Source of the DNA: Antedon mediterranea
Taxonomy: Eukaryota > Animalia > Echinodermata
Direction: 5' to 3'
Assembly: GCF_964355755.1 (NCBI RefSeq)
Contig: NC_092676.1
Span: 23,888,871 to 23,952,870, forward strand
Length of the DNA stretch: 64,000 nucleotides
Positions 1-13,700 of this stretch are shown piece by piece. How positions within the stretch are numbered: the first letter of the stretch is position 1; each line of letters starts with the position of its first letter. Made by a program: the position numbers and the translations under genes. The notes under the pieces were generated by a model, which worked only from the letters and a program-made list of their open reading frames with translations, was not told where the DNA came from and did not search any database.

Positions 1-3000
1 CTGAAATCAATGTTTCATCAGCACACTATGGTCTGGGTTCATCCGTCAGTTCCGTGGTTCAAATCATTCCCAAGGATTGTCCCTGAACCAAAAATAGCCA
101 AGTAAGTTAAAGAGCTAACATCTCTTAAGCTCTGTCTACACTACCAAACTTTATGTGACAAAAAAAATGTGATATTGCCATATATTGACATGTATCACTA
201 TCATATCACTAATATATTTGAGCACATCACACTTGTTTGATAGTATAGACAGAACTTTACATACCTCAGAACCATGTTAGGTTTACAATATGTATGATGG
301 TATATGATATGGTATAAGAATCTAAGTACTATGGTAAGTGTTTAAAAAGTGTCGTGCATGAAGGCACCTGTAGGGGACAGGAAAGCTGTTGAATGTGACA
401 ACTTGTAGTCCACTGCGCATTATAAAAAGGAATCTACTGTAAAGCACTTATAAAAAAACGCTTTGATAAAAACGCTATAATATAGTGAGTTTTACACTCA
501 AATAACAAAATGTATGAACTTAATTTTTAATGATGCTGTTTTAAATGAAGTATTACACTTCTTAATGGTAACCTACGATGACATTTAAAAGACTTTGGCT
601 AGACTGAAAATAAAACAGAAAGTAATCGACCAAATTCAATCTGGTTTTAAAATAAAAGCATTACTGTTTACTTAAATTCAAAATCTAAGTCTATAAATAG
701 GAGAGAAAACAGTAAGTACAAGATGTTAATAAATTGTTGACAAATCTCTGAAGATCTATTTTTAAATATTAGTATTTTGTTTGCTTGACAGGCCCAAGAG
801 AATAATAATACCATATGATTCCTAAACATAGAAACTAAAGTTGAGAATGTCAACTTTACTAGGGTATCTTCAAAATGCCAACCATTAAAGATATATTTTT
901 CCCTTGAAAAAAATAATTTTTTTTTCATTTTTGTTGTTGAATATGCCCATTTAATATTAGTAATAACTGTAATTTAAAGCAAAAAAATAATCATATTGGC
1001 TGCCAGCCAATGGTTTGTTTTTTTTAGTCGAAACTACAAAATGACATATTCAAAGTCTGTATTAATTTTCATGTTTTTGGGAGACAATACATCTTTAAAC
1101 AACATTTTGTCATGCTCAAGGAAATAAATATAAAGAATATTTATAAGTAATATTTAAATTAATGTTAGAAATTGACTTGAAACATACCAAGTTAGTGATA
1201 CTATTTCCCATAAGATTTTCCACTAAAAAATACTCACTCAAGAGTGACCAGATTCAATCAACTTTCATTTGTTTTTTTCTTATATAATCACAGTGCATAA
1301 TACATGTAAAACAACACTGTAGTCATTTCCTCTTAGGCAAATTGTCTTATAGAGAATTAATTATAGTATATTGAATTCTAACATGTTTTAGGTGAAAAAT
1401 ATTTTTGCCTATTAACAATCTAGTAGTACAGTAGTTATCTCACATACAATGGCAGTAGAAATAATTGAAACATCGAAATGGTTATTAAATAATTTTTCCG
1501 TAAGCTCGAAATTTGTCTTCTGTATAGTAGTATAATGTAAATTTACAGATAAAACTCTATAATTTATAATTTAGCCTTCAATGGAATAGCAGATCATCCT
1601 AAAGAAAAAAAGCCGATTTAATTAAAAATGGTATAATTATAGCAAAATTAATTAACTGGTTGATGAAAAGGTACCTGTGTTAAAATGTGAATGTTGTATA
1701 TTATAAGATAAGATAAATTTTATTGTCATGACCACAACAAGGCGAACATGAAATTTGTTTTCCTTGATGCTTATACACTTACAATACAGAAAAATATAAC
1801 ACTTAACAGTAATAAATATCAATACAATTATATGAAGACTAAAATTAGAAAACGTACGCGATTACAAGAGGGATATTACTGCACAGTAGAAACCTATATT
1901 CTGGGTATACCTTCTGGACCAGACAATGTGTCCCTTAATGGCCGTCTCCTAAATAAGGGTTAGTCATGGTGTTACATGGTATATTTTCTATGTGCTTCAG
2001 GGTAAAGTGTCCCTTAATATATGGGTGTCCCCTAAATAGGGGTTTATCTCAGTCTTAAAACATATATTTCCTATTTGTTTCAGTAGAAAGTGTCCCTTAA
2101 TAGGGGTTCCCCTAAATAGTTGTAGATTGTAATGTTAAAACATATATTTACCATGTGTTTCAGGTAAAGTGTTCCTTAATAGAGGTTTTCTCTAAATAGG
2201 GGTTGATCAATATTGTTAGAACATATTATTTCGCATGTCTTTCAGGGAAAAGTGCACATCTATCATATATTCTGTCTTTTGTTTCAGACAATCTTTTGCA
2301 GTTCTAAATGACAGTTTTCAAAAGGCTTTGTTTACTAGCTGGTGTGAAAGTTTCCGATCAGTCTTCCACCTTCTTCGAGCTAAACGTTGTCCGTATTTCT
2401 ACCTGTGTGCGCATCAGTTCTCTATCTTGTTTCAAGCTGCTGGTATTGGTGGCAGCAAACAGGTGCACGCCGTTATTACACCAACAACCAAAGGACTCAG
2501 AGATGCATTGAACAGAGAAGGTAAAATGCGACAACTGGTTAGAACCAGTTTTGTTATAGTTTTCCTGAATCAAGTCTTACAGCTGTGAAACATTTTTGAG
2601 GAAGGTGGGGTGGATGAAGAAGGGTAAAGCAAATTGTGAAAAGTGGGGAGGGAGAACAAAGGAAGATAAAGAGGGGAAAAAAGAGAAAATAGAAGAGGTA
2701 TTGAGAAGGAAAGATGGAGATGGGAAATCAATTTGATAAAGAGTAGAGAAGGCAGAAATGAGTATAGAAGGAGGTAAGAACAGGAGAAATTTTGAAAGGG
2801 TTTGTTATGTTTTTGTTGAATAAACCCATATTATTTTCTTTTTAGGAATAGAGTTTTCCTTACCAAACCTACAGCTAGGTGACGATGAAAAGGCATTGAG
2901 TGTCTCACCAGATATATCAATTAACAGTCCAGATAATCTGACTGATGAAATGTTAGTACATAGTCAGAATATTCTTCAATTTATTAAAATGATAATGATT

Positions 3001-6000
3001 GTTCGTGGAATTAAAATTCATCTCGCATGTTACTGAATAATTTATGTGCAAACAGACAGGATGAGCTGATTTAACATAGAAATTGTTTACTCACCACAAT
3101 ACAAGTCTAATTATTTATGAACCTTCTATACATATATTATAACATTTGAGTACATAACCATAACAATCTGAGCATAAAATTAACAATTATGAAGTGAAAA
3201 ACAAATATTCAATAATTCATTCTAAAGCTCTATAAAACTTGGACATGATGATGTCATCACTATCATATTTGGATTTGGAATTAATTAAATTAGTTTGATA
3301 GTGTAGACAGAGCTTTAAATAATGATGTACTGTAATCAGTGAAGTTTATTTATGGAATTTTTAAGCTCTGTCTACACTATCAAACTTTATGTGACAAAAA
3401 ATGTGATGTAGGTACCCATATATGAACATGATGTCATATCACTACCATATTTGGGTATATCACTACCATATTTGGGCACATCACTTTTAATCCGGGTTAA
3501 CAATAAACTTGTCAGTTTTCGACAACCTAGCCGTCCTGCACGACCTTAAAGCTCAGGTACAGGCATGAATTTTAAATATAATATTTGGTTAATTGTACAT
3601 AAATCAAATATTTGAACAGAAATCAAGATGAATAAACATGAATTTCCCCCTTGATATGGTCAAATACAAAATTTTGCAAAATTCTTCCATAAAAACCAGG
3701 AAGACTTTTTTTCAGTAGGTAGGTAGTTAACATAATGTAACAACATGTCTGGTGACTCCCTAGCAGGTGAAAAAAGATGGTGGATATACGGTGGATAATT
3801 TTTGTTATAGCATGAAAATAAAAATCTGAAGTTGAATAAAAATACCAGAAATGTAATATTCAAGTTATATTACCTATATTTAGTCATCTGATAACATTTT
3901 TTACCACACCGTTTATTTTTCATAGCTTTTTAAAATGCCTCTCTATTTACAAAATTTGTGTACAAAAGAATAGAGATTTTACTGTGTAATTTGAACTATC
4001 CTCCACTGATAAGAAAGTGCTTATTTTCAACAAGGTCTTGTAACACAAAGAAAATCCCAAAAATTATGAAACATAGGGGAAACTATAGATCGATAATTAT
4101 TGGAATGTATGATCAATAGAAATTTTTTGCCCGCACCTGGCCTTTAAGCTCTGTCTACACTATCAAACTTTATGTGACAAAAAATGTGATGTAGGTACCC
4201 ATATATGAACATGATGTCATATCACTACCATATTTGGGCACATCACTTTTTTTAGCTAGTGTGATAGTGTAGACAGAGCTTAATAAAAAAGACCATTAAC
4301 TGCTAAAAACTAATAAATAATTGGATAATAAAAAAGATTTTTAATTAGATTGACACAAACAAATAGTCAAATTATGTTTTTTATTTTTAAGGAATTGTTC
4401 TGAAAATCCACGCCTCTGTGAAGAAGCTGATGACGATGATGACATTACGCAAGACGATGAAGCTGCATCATCATGGATACAGAGTATTGGTTTAGATAAA
4501 AAGGAATTCCCATCTCTTGATCCAGCCAGAGTAAAATTGTATCCTTTAATACTACCTGTCCTATTTACTAAAATAAACTGTTTTTCAATTGACAATTAAT
4601 CGTAAAGATGTGTTTTCACCCATTAATTTAAAAAACCCTTATAAATCAAACAAGACTTATGCAGGGACGGATTCTATATTATAATACACACTGATTTACT
4701 AGAAAATTCATTTGATGTTTAATGTTTGAATAAAAATATTCTAATAATAAAATTCCCAACAATTCAATGGGTTTAGCTAGCAGGATAAAAAATCTGAAAA
4801 GAAAAGGACAAAAGTATATCAAAAAAGTTACAACTTTAGACTACTGTAGTAATTAGGGGTTTTCCACATTTGTTTAAAGCTCTTGTCTATACCATCAAAC
4901 TTTATGTAACAATACCCATATATGGACAAAAATGTGATATCACTAACATATTGTATTTGGGCACATCACAGTTTTTTTGTCAAACTAGATAGAGCTTTAT
5001 ATTTGTAATATGTTCACAAGTACAGTATCTTTCTTTAACTTGTAAAATTCAGTAAAAGAGACAAAGTTGTGAAGCTGGACAACAAGCCTCAATCTCTTGT
5101 GCTAGTACAAGGTCAGGACACCAAGGCCCTGTTTAACTTCTTGCTTAATAGTAGCACAGTTGTAGCAGTAGCTGGGTCACAGGCAGGCATCCCACCTACC
5201 CTGCTAGCACCTATAGCCTTTGAAGGGGCTACTCTACAGAAATGCAAGGTAACATTTAGTTCTAGACAGTGTTTAAATATTGAGGCACCATTTACCGTAC
5301 CTGAAGAGCAACAAATATCGGCATAGATTCAAGGCCAACTCGCTCCTAGTTCTGGTGGTGGAACAAATCTCTGATAAGGACTATAAACTGTAGGTCCAGT
5401 GTACACAGTTTACCCATGTGCACAGTTCCAGGATGAACCCAGTTTCCAGGTTACCCCAGTGAACTGGTTCACAAAAACAGCCCCTGTATCAGGGGGATTA
5501 CCACCTATCTCATATCACAGTGATAAATTAACTAAATTGGTAATCCTTGGCCACATGTGCCTAAAGATATAAAATAAAAAAACATGTTAATCGGATGTAG
5601 CAACATGTGCCTAAAGACAGGACAAAATTAAAAAAATTCTAGGTAAAATTGTCAGCCTTGTATGTGACGTGCATTGGTCGAACAAGAAAGTTAATAAAAA
5701 AAAAGAACTGTACATATTGCAATCTGGACAGGTTCATTTGGAAGTTCATGACATAGCCTCTAGTTATATTACTATGATTGAATTTGAATTAATTATTCAT
5801 TTCAGGTAAGAAACAGTGTCATCAAGCAAAAGACAGCATCAGGGGCCTTAGAAGGTGTCAACAGTTTGGAAATTTCAGGAGTTCTTTTACCAAACTCTGT
5901 GAAGGGACTTTGTGAAGTGTTAAAACAGACGGGAAGCTACGCAGCATCTTTCAACATACATGAGCCTACAGCACCATTCAATCAAGCACAATTAAATACA

Positions 6001-6147
6001 GCCAATCAAAATCCAGATAGTGGTAACCTGAGTGAATGTGGGTTGAGTGATCACATGATATCAGAACTTTATAATGGAGAAACATTAAAGAAAGGTTTCT
6101 TAAGAGAAGTGTTATGTAAAAATGGAAAATATGGCTGGTCCCTTTAA
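1..6147 (+). CDS. DONSON: DONSON (downstream neighbor of SON), 5'-partial; exons <1-101, 2288-2520, 2846-2951, 4392-4538, 5053-5248, 5806-6147
   Basis: Exons join in frame across GT-AG sites. Peptides WVHPSVPWFKSFPRI, CPYFYLCAHQFSILFQAAG, TPTTKGLRDALNREGIEFSLP and GIPPTLLAPIAFEGATL match DONSON family motifs. Stop TAA at 6145-6147. Confidence 0.93.
128..257. mobile_element. MITE family 1 (TIR AGCTCTGTCTACACTATCAAACT, TWA flanks; PIF/Harbinger Tourist-like). Further copies at ~3226-3315, 3364-3487, 4147-4280, 4878-4996, 8300-8408, 53584-53702
   Basis: Seven related 90-135 bp copies with terminal inverted repeats and TAA/TTA flanks, all in introns. Confidence 0.8.
1925..2255. repeat. Degenerate ~80-bp tandem repeat, about 4 copies
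   Basis: TGTCCCTTAAT...CTAAATAGGGG...TTTCAG recurs at about 1929, 2008, 2091 and 2170. Confidence 0.7.
3550..4143. mobile_element. Non-autonomous DNA transposon with TTAA flanks (Kolobok-like)
   Basis: TTAA|AGCTCAGGTACAGGC ... GCCCGCACCTGGCCT|TTAA: imperfect ~15-bp TIRs starting AG. Confidence 0.5.
4539..5052 (+). other. U12-type (minor spliceosome) GT-AG intron in DONSON
   Basis: Donor GTATCCTTT; branch point TTCTTTAAC at 5031-5039, 11 nt before the AG; no polypyrimidine tract; splicing preserves frame. Confidence 0.88.
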
Positions 6148-6484
6148 GAAAAAATATATAATATAGTTAATAAATTTTAAAAACATTCTTGCAATAATAT
6201 GGTAGATATGTTACATATTGATAAATATGGTATTTTTATTGTAAATTTTAATGGAAATTTTAAAAATAAATGTAAATGCATCGTAAATTTAAACATAGTT
6301 AGTAATTATTGCAATGTAACTTACATTTTTAATAACAAAATAGTTAAAATATTACGTGATGTATTTATATTTTGTTCATGCCTACAAATTACATTTTTCA
6401 ATAGACAGAACTTACATCTATAGAAATAATTCCAGACACACTGTATAGTGTATAGTCTGTTGCAGTTCGCATTTAATGATAAAA

Positions 6485-6750
6485 ATAATAGTTCATTCTT
6501 ATATAGCGCATATAAGCAAGCTCTCAATGTGCTGCACATTATTACCCCAGTCATTTTTGGATCAAACACATGGAAACATATAATACTCCCATAATAATGC
6601 AGCTACTAATCAGTGCAAAGTACGGTCTTTTTCTAACAGATACCCATTTAATACACCTGGGTGGAGAAAGGCAAATGTAAGTGTCTTGCCTAAGGATACA
6701 AGCAATGCGGCGAGAGTGACTTCACGATAAGTAATCTAACCACCAATACA
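6485..6750 (-). mobile_element. Degenerate tRNA-derived SINE with L2-like 3' tail
   Basis: Typical SINE blocks GTGTCTTGCCTAAGG and TACCCATTTAATACACCTGGGTGGAGA; minus-strand tail GCGCTATATAAGAATGAACTATTATT. Confidence 0.55.
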
Positions 6751-7388
6751 TTTTTTAATTCGGAAAACAGAAAAAGTACTTTATTCTTGTTTTGTACAAA
6801 AATTTATTTTATTATTTATTTACTTTTCCTTGCTTTACTAACATTTCTGTAACTGAACAAAATAATACTACTACTCATTTTAAAATACAAGGCTTTTTAC
6901 AGCATATTCAAATTAAAAGTCAGTTAGCATTCAGCACCAATAGAATTCATAACATGTTTTTACTCAATTAAAAGGGTATACAAGCAAAGAAAATAAATTC
7001 AATTATAAAATAGCAATAATGCATGCATTTTCAGGTACTTTTTTTAAAAACATATTCAGATACTTATTTCAATCTTATAGCATTCAATTAACATAAAACC
7101 CTGCAGGGTTTACAGATGCTTAGGCATCATTTTAATCTTTAATTAACAGTAGTTGTGTATGAAGGCTAGCATCTACTTGATTATCATTTCAAGACTCCAG
7201 ACTCTTCTGCATGGCTAGTGGTGGCTGCTTATTCACCACTATCTTACCTCTCTTTGTTAACATAGTTGCATCTTCTGAAGGGCAACAGTTCGCACTTTAG
7301 TTATCTCTTGCTTCCAATCTAACTCTCATACACATAGTCGAATGTATGTTCCATCTTCAGTGGGCAAGACTGACCGCTTGATAATTGC

Positions 7389-7745
7389 TTCAACCTAGCA
7401 TTCCTTGTGTACATAGTCCATTGGTATAAGGCTCATCTTTTGCAGGGCTACAGTGGCCACTTCAACCTAGCATTCCTTGTGTACATAGTCCATTGGTATA
7501 AGACCCATCTTTTGCAGGGCAGTGGCCACTTCCACCTAGCATTCCTTGTGTACATAGTCCATTGGTCTAAGGCCCATCTTTTGCAGGGCAATAGTGGCCA
7601 CTTCAACCTAGCATTCCTTGTGTACATAGTCCATTGGTATAAGACCCATCTTTTGCAGGGCTACAGTGGCCACTTCAACCTAGCATTCCTTGTGTACATA
7701 GTCCATTGGTATAAGACCCATCTTTTGCAGGGCAACAGTGGCAGC
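7389..7745 (-). repeat. 72-bp tandem repeat x5 spanning the last SON codons and stop
   Basis: Units start at 7389, 7461, 7530, 7602 and 7674 (spacings 72, 69, 72, 72). Confidence 0.95.
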
Positions 7746-10700
7746 TTGGGCCTTTGCTTGCTTTTTATTTGAACTAGCTACGGTAGGTTGATATTCCTCA
7801 TTATTTATGAGAACCTGTCGAAAAACAAAAGTTGAAATAATGGAATCCCAAAGGTATTCAGTACTGTACACTTATTATTTATCCATAATAAAATCGTAAA
7901 ATATTATTTCCAAACTGACCTTAAAGACAAAATTCTTCTGATGAGATGGTCCGCTATCGTGAATAAGCTCAAAGTGCGGTGCACGCCATTTGCGTTTGTT
8001 GCAGATTTCCATTAGAGCCGATACAGGATGCTTGCTGGTTAAATCATGAGTCGTGACTCTAACAGCTGGGGGCTTTCCCCTACTAGCCTCTGATGCAGAC
8101 ACCAATCCTATAAAACAAACAGTATTATAATCATCTCATAACAAGTGCATTTCAAAATGTAAACAATAATACTTAAAAAAAATACCTAAAATATAAATGT
8201 ATTAAATATTATATTATTATTATTATTAGTAAATAAACTTTTTAAAAAAAGCTAATAAAAAGGAACATTATTAAAAAGTGATAAAAACATCTAATCTAAA
8301 GCTGTCTTCATTATCAAACTTTATGGGACAAAAAAATGTGTCACATCACTACCATATTTGGGCACATCACACTTTTTTTTAAACTAGTTTGATAGTGTAG
8401 ACAGAGCTTAATATAAGCGGCATTCTTTGAATGTATAAAAAACAACTGTTTAATATACAGTAATTAATAAAATATATTGATTTTTCAGATCAACTCCAAA
8501 TCAATTCTAACAATTTACCTTTCCTGTCCGACTTGATTTCAATAAGTAATGGTTCTTTGCTGCCCTCTTTGTTCTTCCCCAGACCTTCCCCCTGCCGCCA
8601 CCCCATACGTTGCAGCATCATCATCCCAATGCCACTTTGAACAGGCATAGATTTCAAAAACATGTCCTGGGGACAAATCAGTAATGTATTCTACTAATAT
8701 ATGTTTTGAAGATGAAGATATTTGGCACAAAAAAAAGAAAAACATTGTTTATAATATAAATTTAAAGAGTCATATTTAATCTTTCATATATAAACAAAAC
8801 AAAAAAGCAGATAAAAACATTATTACAAACCATTTTCTCCACATTTTTTTTTTCATGATTGTGATAGAGAAGTTAAAAATGTTGTTTAAAAGTGTTAAAA
8901 ATTCGGAATTCTGTAAAATAATGCTCCTACTGTAGTGACTGAAAATCCTAACATGAACAACCAACCAGAGTAGCAAATGATTAAATCTAAATTACTCTTC
9001 AATTTTTCAAATTGTGTAATTGCTTTATTATGATAAACAGGTAAAATACGTTTCTAAAATTATTTTAATTCTAAAATTTTTATTGTGGAGTCCTATGATT
9101 TTAGAATCTAATACGTCAATGGGCCGACAACATCAAAACTTCAATAAATAGTGATGATGTAAGAAAAAAACAAAACCTATTATTCTATGTGGAAGTAAAT
9201 ACCAGTGAAAAAAAGAATCAGCTTTAAGAATTTGTGAAGAGTACTGTCCTCATATGATGAACAAAACGTCCCGCATATCAGGGAACGTCCCGCATATCGG
9301 GAAACGTCCCACATATCGGGGAACGTCTCGTTACACAGCAGGTTCCTATACCTACCAACCAGCGCCATCAACCTCCACGGGGTGTGTACCATCCGAGTCG
9401 TAAAGCGTGTTGTTGAAACTCCTGTATTAAATAAGTTTGCCAGTGTTTATCAGAGTGCAGCGGATTGACCCATCAGTGGAATGGTTGAGTCCATTAAATA
9501 CATAATGTATTGTTGTTAACGGAAGCAACCATTCCACTAACAGGTCAATCTCAGAATCAAATGTAATGAGGTCAAAATTTGAGTCAGATTTTTGTTTCTT
9601 TTGTTGATCCGACATTTTAAAGCAAATTCGCGTTACATTAATATGATTCTCTGCCTCTGATATTAATTGCATATGAGCAATCTCCTAATAAAAAATAGAG
9701 GCACATTACTCATATGCTTGGCTAAATATACATGCCTATCGTATGCAGGATTTATGAAATGTGGTTTTTAGATATATTTTCATAAACGGCCATATTTTTT
9801 GTTATACTGTACTATTATACAGATATAATATTACTGTACCTATATACAATAATTGATCGTATATGCGCATGCATGCAAGTACATCAACGGCCTAAAAAAA
9901 CACAGAACCACAGTGTTTGTTCTCTTTTTTCAATATTATAATGCGAATTTAGTATAAATTATTTGTATACGTACAAAATTATTCCGATAAAAATACAAAA
10001 AACTATTACTGAAAATGTTTGCAAAAATAGGTGGTAGATAAATTTGTTTATTTCTTTTTAAAAAGAAATAATTTGAAGTACATGTACAAAACTCAGAGAG
10101 AGCGATTAACACTAAAATCTGGCACGCCAATGACATTTAAGAAAAGTGTATGATTGGTTTTCCTGTTATTTACTAGCGTTATCTTTAATTTGAAAGTTAC
10201 TTTATTTTATTTCTTTCAACAAAACATAATATACAAAATAAATGTTACAATGGAAGTGGAGAGCCGAGGAGGGTCAAGGGTTGGATATGGGTAGTACCAC
10301 CATCACTGGAAATTGTGTGACCCTCTAACTATGCAGCTTCTTGTGTCTATGATTTAAAAAAATGTTTATTTCACAACCAGGCCTGGCTAAACGGATTTGG
10401 ATCTATAAAGTACACAGCATGGACAAAAGCGTTTTAAATTACACACTGACTGTAAAAGAAAAGTTAAAATACCTTTTTAGCCCAGGCTTGAGCCCTTGGA
10501 TTTGAGTTGGCTAGCTCCTTAGGATTCAGTATCTGGACTCCTGTACTGCCTGTAAACTGGCCTGGCTTGTTGCCCACATTCACCCAACTCTGAATCTAAA
10601 TATCAGTGAGTGAGAAAATAAATGTAAGGACACACAGACTACAAATAATTTATAAATAGTACTGTAAAGTAAGAAATTGTTTTAATGAATCAAGTGGTTC

Positions 10701-13700
10701 CTATACACTATATTTGAAACCGTAACTTAAGGGGACACTTTTCTGTGAAGCAAATGAAGGTCAATAAAGGTCACAACAACCAACCTTTATTAAGGATACA
10801 CTTTGTTGGGTGTCCCTTTAATAGGTGTTATATACAAAACACATTGTCTATGTACAGTAATAGATTTGTTTGTATTTACCCCTCTTTGAGCTTTGTGAAG
10901 TTGACCTAGGGCCTCAACATCTAGAGGGTTCGACTCCAAGGCCCTGGCTGCTTTCAGTCTTGCGGATACCATTGTAGCTATATCAACATCCTACAAAAGA
11001 AGAAAATATTATTGTTCATCATCATCATCGACTACTTTAAAAGGAACGAACAAATTCATCCACACTCTCATCTACCTGTAGAGTGTGACAATGCTTTTAC
11101 CACTAATCTCTACACATTGAATGCCAAAAAAAACCAAACAAATTCTAAAAGATTTTGTTATAATGTTTACCGGCGTCTTTGTTTCCTCAAAAACTCTATC
11201 CTCCGGATCTACTACTGGACCTGTAGGTGGCGCTGCAGCAACAGGTGGAACTGGTGTTGCGGTAACTGGTGTCAGGACACTAGTTGATGTTTGATTTGTA
11301 GGAAATGACAACTGCCCTCCTGCTGCCATTTTGGGAATTTCGGTAACAGATGTTTCGGTAGTGGTTGTGGCAACAGTTGTGGTAACAGTTGTGGTAGTCG
11401 GTGCCTTTGATACCGATTCAGTAGTAGCTGGTTTCTGGTATGGCACCCATGCACCATATGGTGAAACTTCTTCCTCTTTCTTGCGATGCTGGGATCCACT
11501 GGACACAGGAAACTGTATTCTGAGCTTGTCTTTGTCCATATTTGGTGCTCTTTGAACAGCATTCTATAAACAATTAAATGCATTATCATCAAAAATTGAA
11601 AAACCACCAAAAGTCAAATGATTTGTGAAAGATTTAACAGCAAATAATAACATTTACCCTACTTTTTCAATCAGGTTTTAGTTTCTGCATATATAAACAA
11701 ACGGGAAGTGGTGTTTTTTTTAGGTCAACTATATATCTATTATCAAGATGCAAAGAATGCAGTGTGTGACATCACAAGCTGTAATACTGGTGGTTATGTG
11801 ATGGGAATCCCCTTTCCATTCATAAAAAAATATAAAAAGACCACAGATGGTCATACAATATTGTATATGTGCTTGTGTGTAATCATTTTTGTTTATTTCA
11901 ATGCAGAATACAACACATTAAGTTCTTTATAATCAGGGAGATAATGTGGAAAACCAAAAGCACAATCTTAGGCCGGAAGATGAGTCTAAAATACAGTCTC
12001 CACGGGAATGTTGGCATGTATGATATAAATTATTACAAAATAAATGTTAAGCTGTACTATACCTTGATATTGACAACAATACTCTGTATGTGGGGTTTTA
12101 GTTTGAATGGATGATTGATGAACGTGTTGGATTCTTCTTCATCGGAATCTACAGGTCTATTCACGGGTGACTCGTCATCAGAATCAACGCCCTCGTCTCG
12201 CTTCTGAATTGCTTGGCAAACTGCCGTTAATTCATTTATTGTCTGCCCACCTTAATTGAAAAAAAAAAAGAATAGAAAAATCATTAAAAAATGATATATA
12301 ATTATTCTTGTTTGTTCACATTAATTAAATTTTTTTCTTCTGAGAAAGAGTACTGAACCTACCACAGTAGACTACAACTAGATTAAGCATTTTTATTTAA
12401 TTTTGTTTTCGTACGCATCCAACAGTGAGTAACTCGCCAATTACAGGATGGATAAACTATTTATAATGATGAATATTAACAAAGTCTCATTTTAGGCTTA
12501 GGGAGTGGAGTTGAAAAAGTCGTGAGTTACAACCCTGGCACTAGGTCGGATTGAACCCCGGACCTTGGGATTGGAAGGCAAGCATGTTAACCACCAAGCT
12601 ACAGCTCCACTACAAATTTAATACATACCAGCTCTTTGGCTTGCTTTATCTTCATTGGACAGCGGAGGTAGCGTCATGCCAGCTGGTAGCAAGCCTGCTT
12701 TCATCTGAGCATATGCGTTTGCTTTCGCGATTTCCAACAGCTTTGCTTTGTCTATACGTTCTGCTGGAGATCGCGAACGTGGTCGACGATCACTGTACAT
12801 TCGACTTGTTTTCGTTTTGTACGAGCTTCTATTGCGTGAACGTGACCTCGAACGCCTGTGTCTTTCAGACGTATGTGACCTGCGGGGAGAACGTGACCTA
12901 CGAGGAGAACGAGACCTATGTTTAGATCGTGATCTTCTGTGTTTTTTGCTTTTTGACCATGATCGAGATCGTCGACTATCCTCATGTTTTTTATCGCTAT
13001 CTCGGCTTTTCTTTTTGTGTTTCTCCGTTATCTCGCCTTCTTCATTTACAGTCTTATCCCTCTTTCGTTTCTTTGACTTATGAGATTTCTTTTCTTCTTT
13101 GTCCTTCTCCTTCTTTTCTTGTGTCTCCTGTTTATCATCAGTAATGTTTTCACTTACCGACAGAGTTTCTTCTTTTATGCATTGCACCGTTTGATTAAGA
13201 TCTGGTTCTTTTACAGAAGTCACTTTGTTATCAGTGACAGGGTTCTCACTATTTTCGCTTTTAATTTGTGTGGTTGTTACCGTTTCTACTGGTATTGTTA
13301 CTTCAGTGTCATTCTCAACTTGTACACTCTGTTTCGCTTCTACTGTCTTTTCCTCCGTTTTCATTTGCTCTTCTTCTGTTAATTTATCTTCAGCAACAAT
13401 TTCTTTATTTTCAATTATAGACCTAGACTCTTCTTCTAAATTCTGTATTTGTTTTTCCTCATCTTGTTTATCAAGATTTTTAAAAGTACCAATATTTTTT
13501 TCTATATCTTTTTCTACCTTTACAGAGATAGTTTCGTTTGACACAGCAGTACCATCACTGGCAATTGTTACATTGGGTTTCTGAGGTTCCACCGGGGGTT
13601 CCACATTGTCTTTTGTATCAAACTCTACTATTGTTTCTTCTTTAATTTTATCATGTATTTTACTTTTCTTCTTTTCATTTGTGTTTTTATCTTCTAATTT

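Noticed and set aside
2598-2790. Purine-rich GA tract as an exon or triplex element
   Set aside because: Intronic low-complexity sequence; DONSON splices in frame without it.
7407-7772. 121-aa repetitive plus-strand ORF
   Set aside because: Antisense reading of the 72-bp SON terminal repeat.
12535-12610. Functional tRNA-Gly gene
   Set aside because: Acceptor and anticodon stems do not pair properly; better explained as a SINE head.
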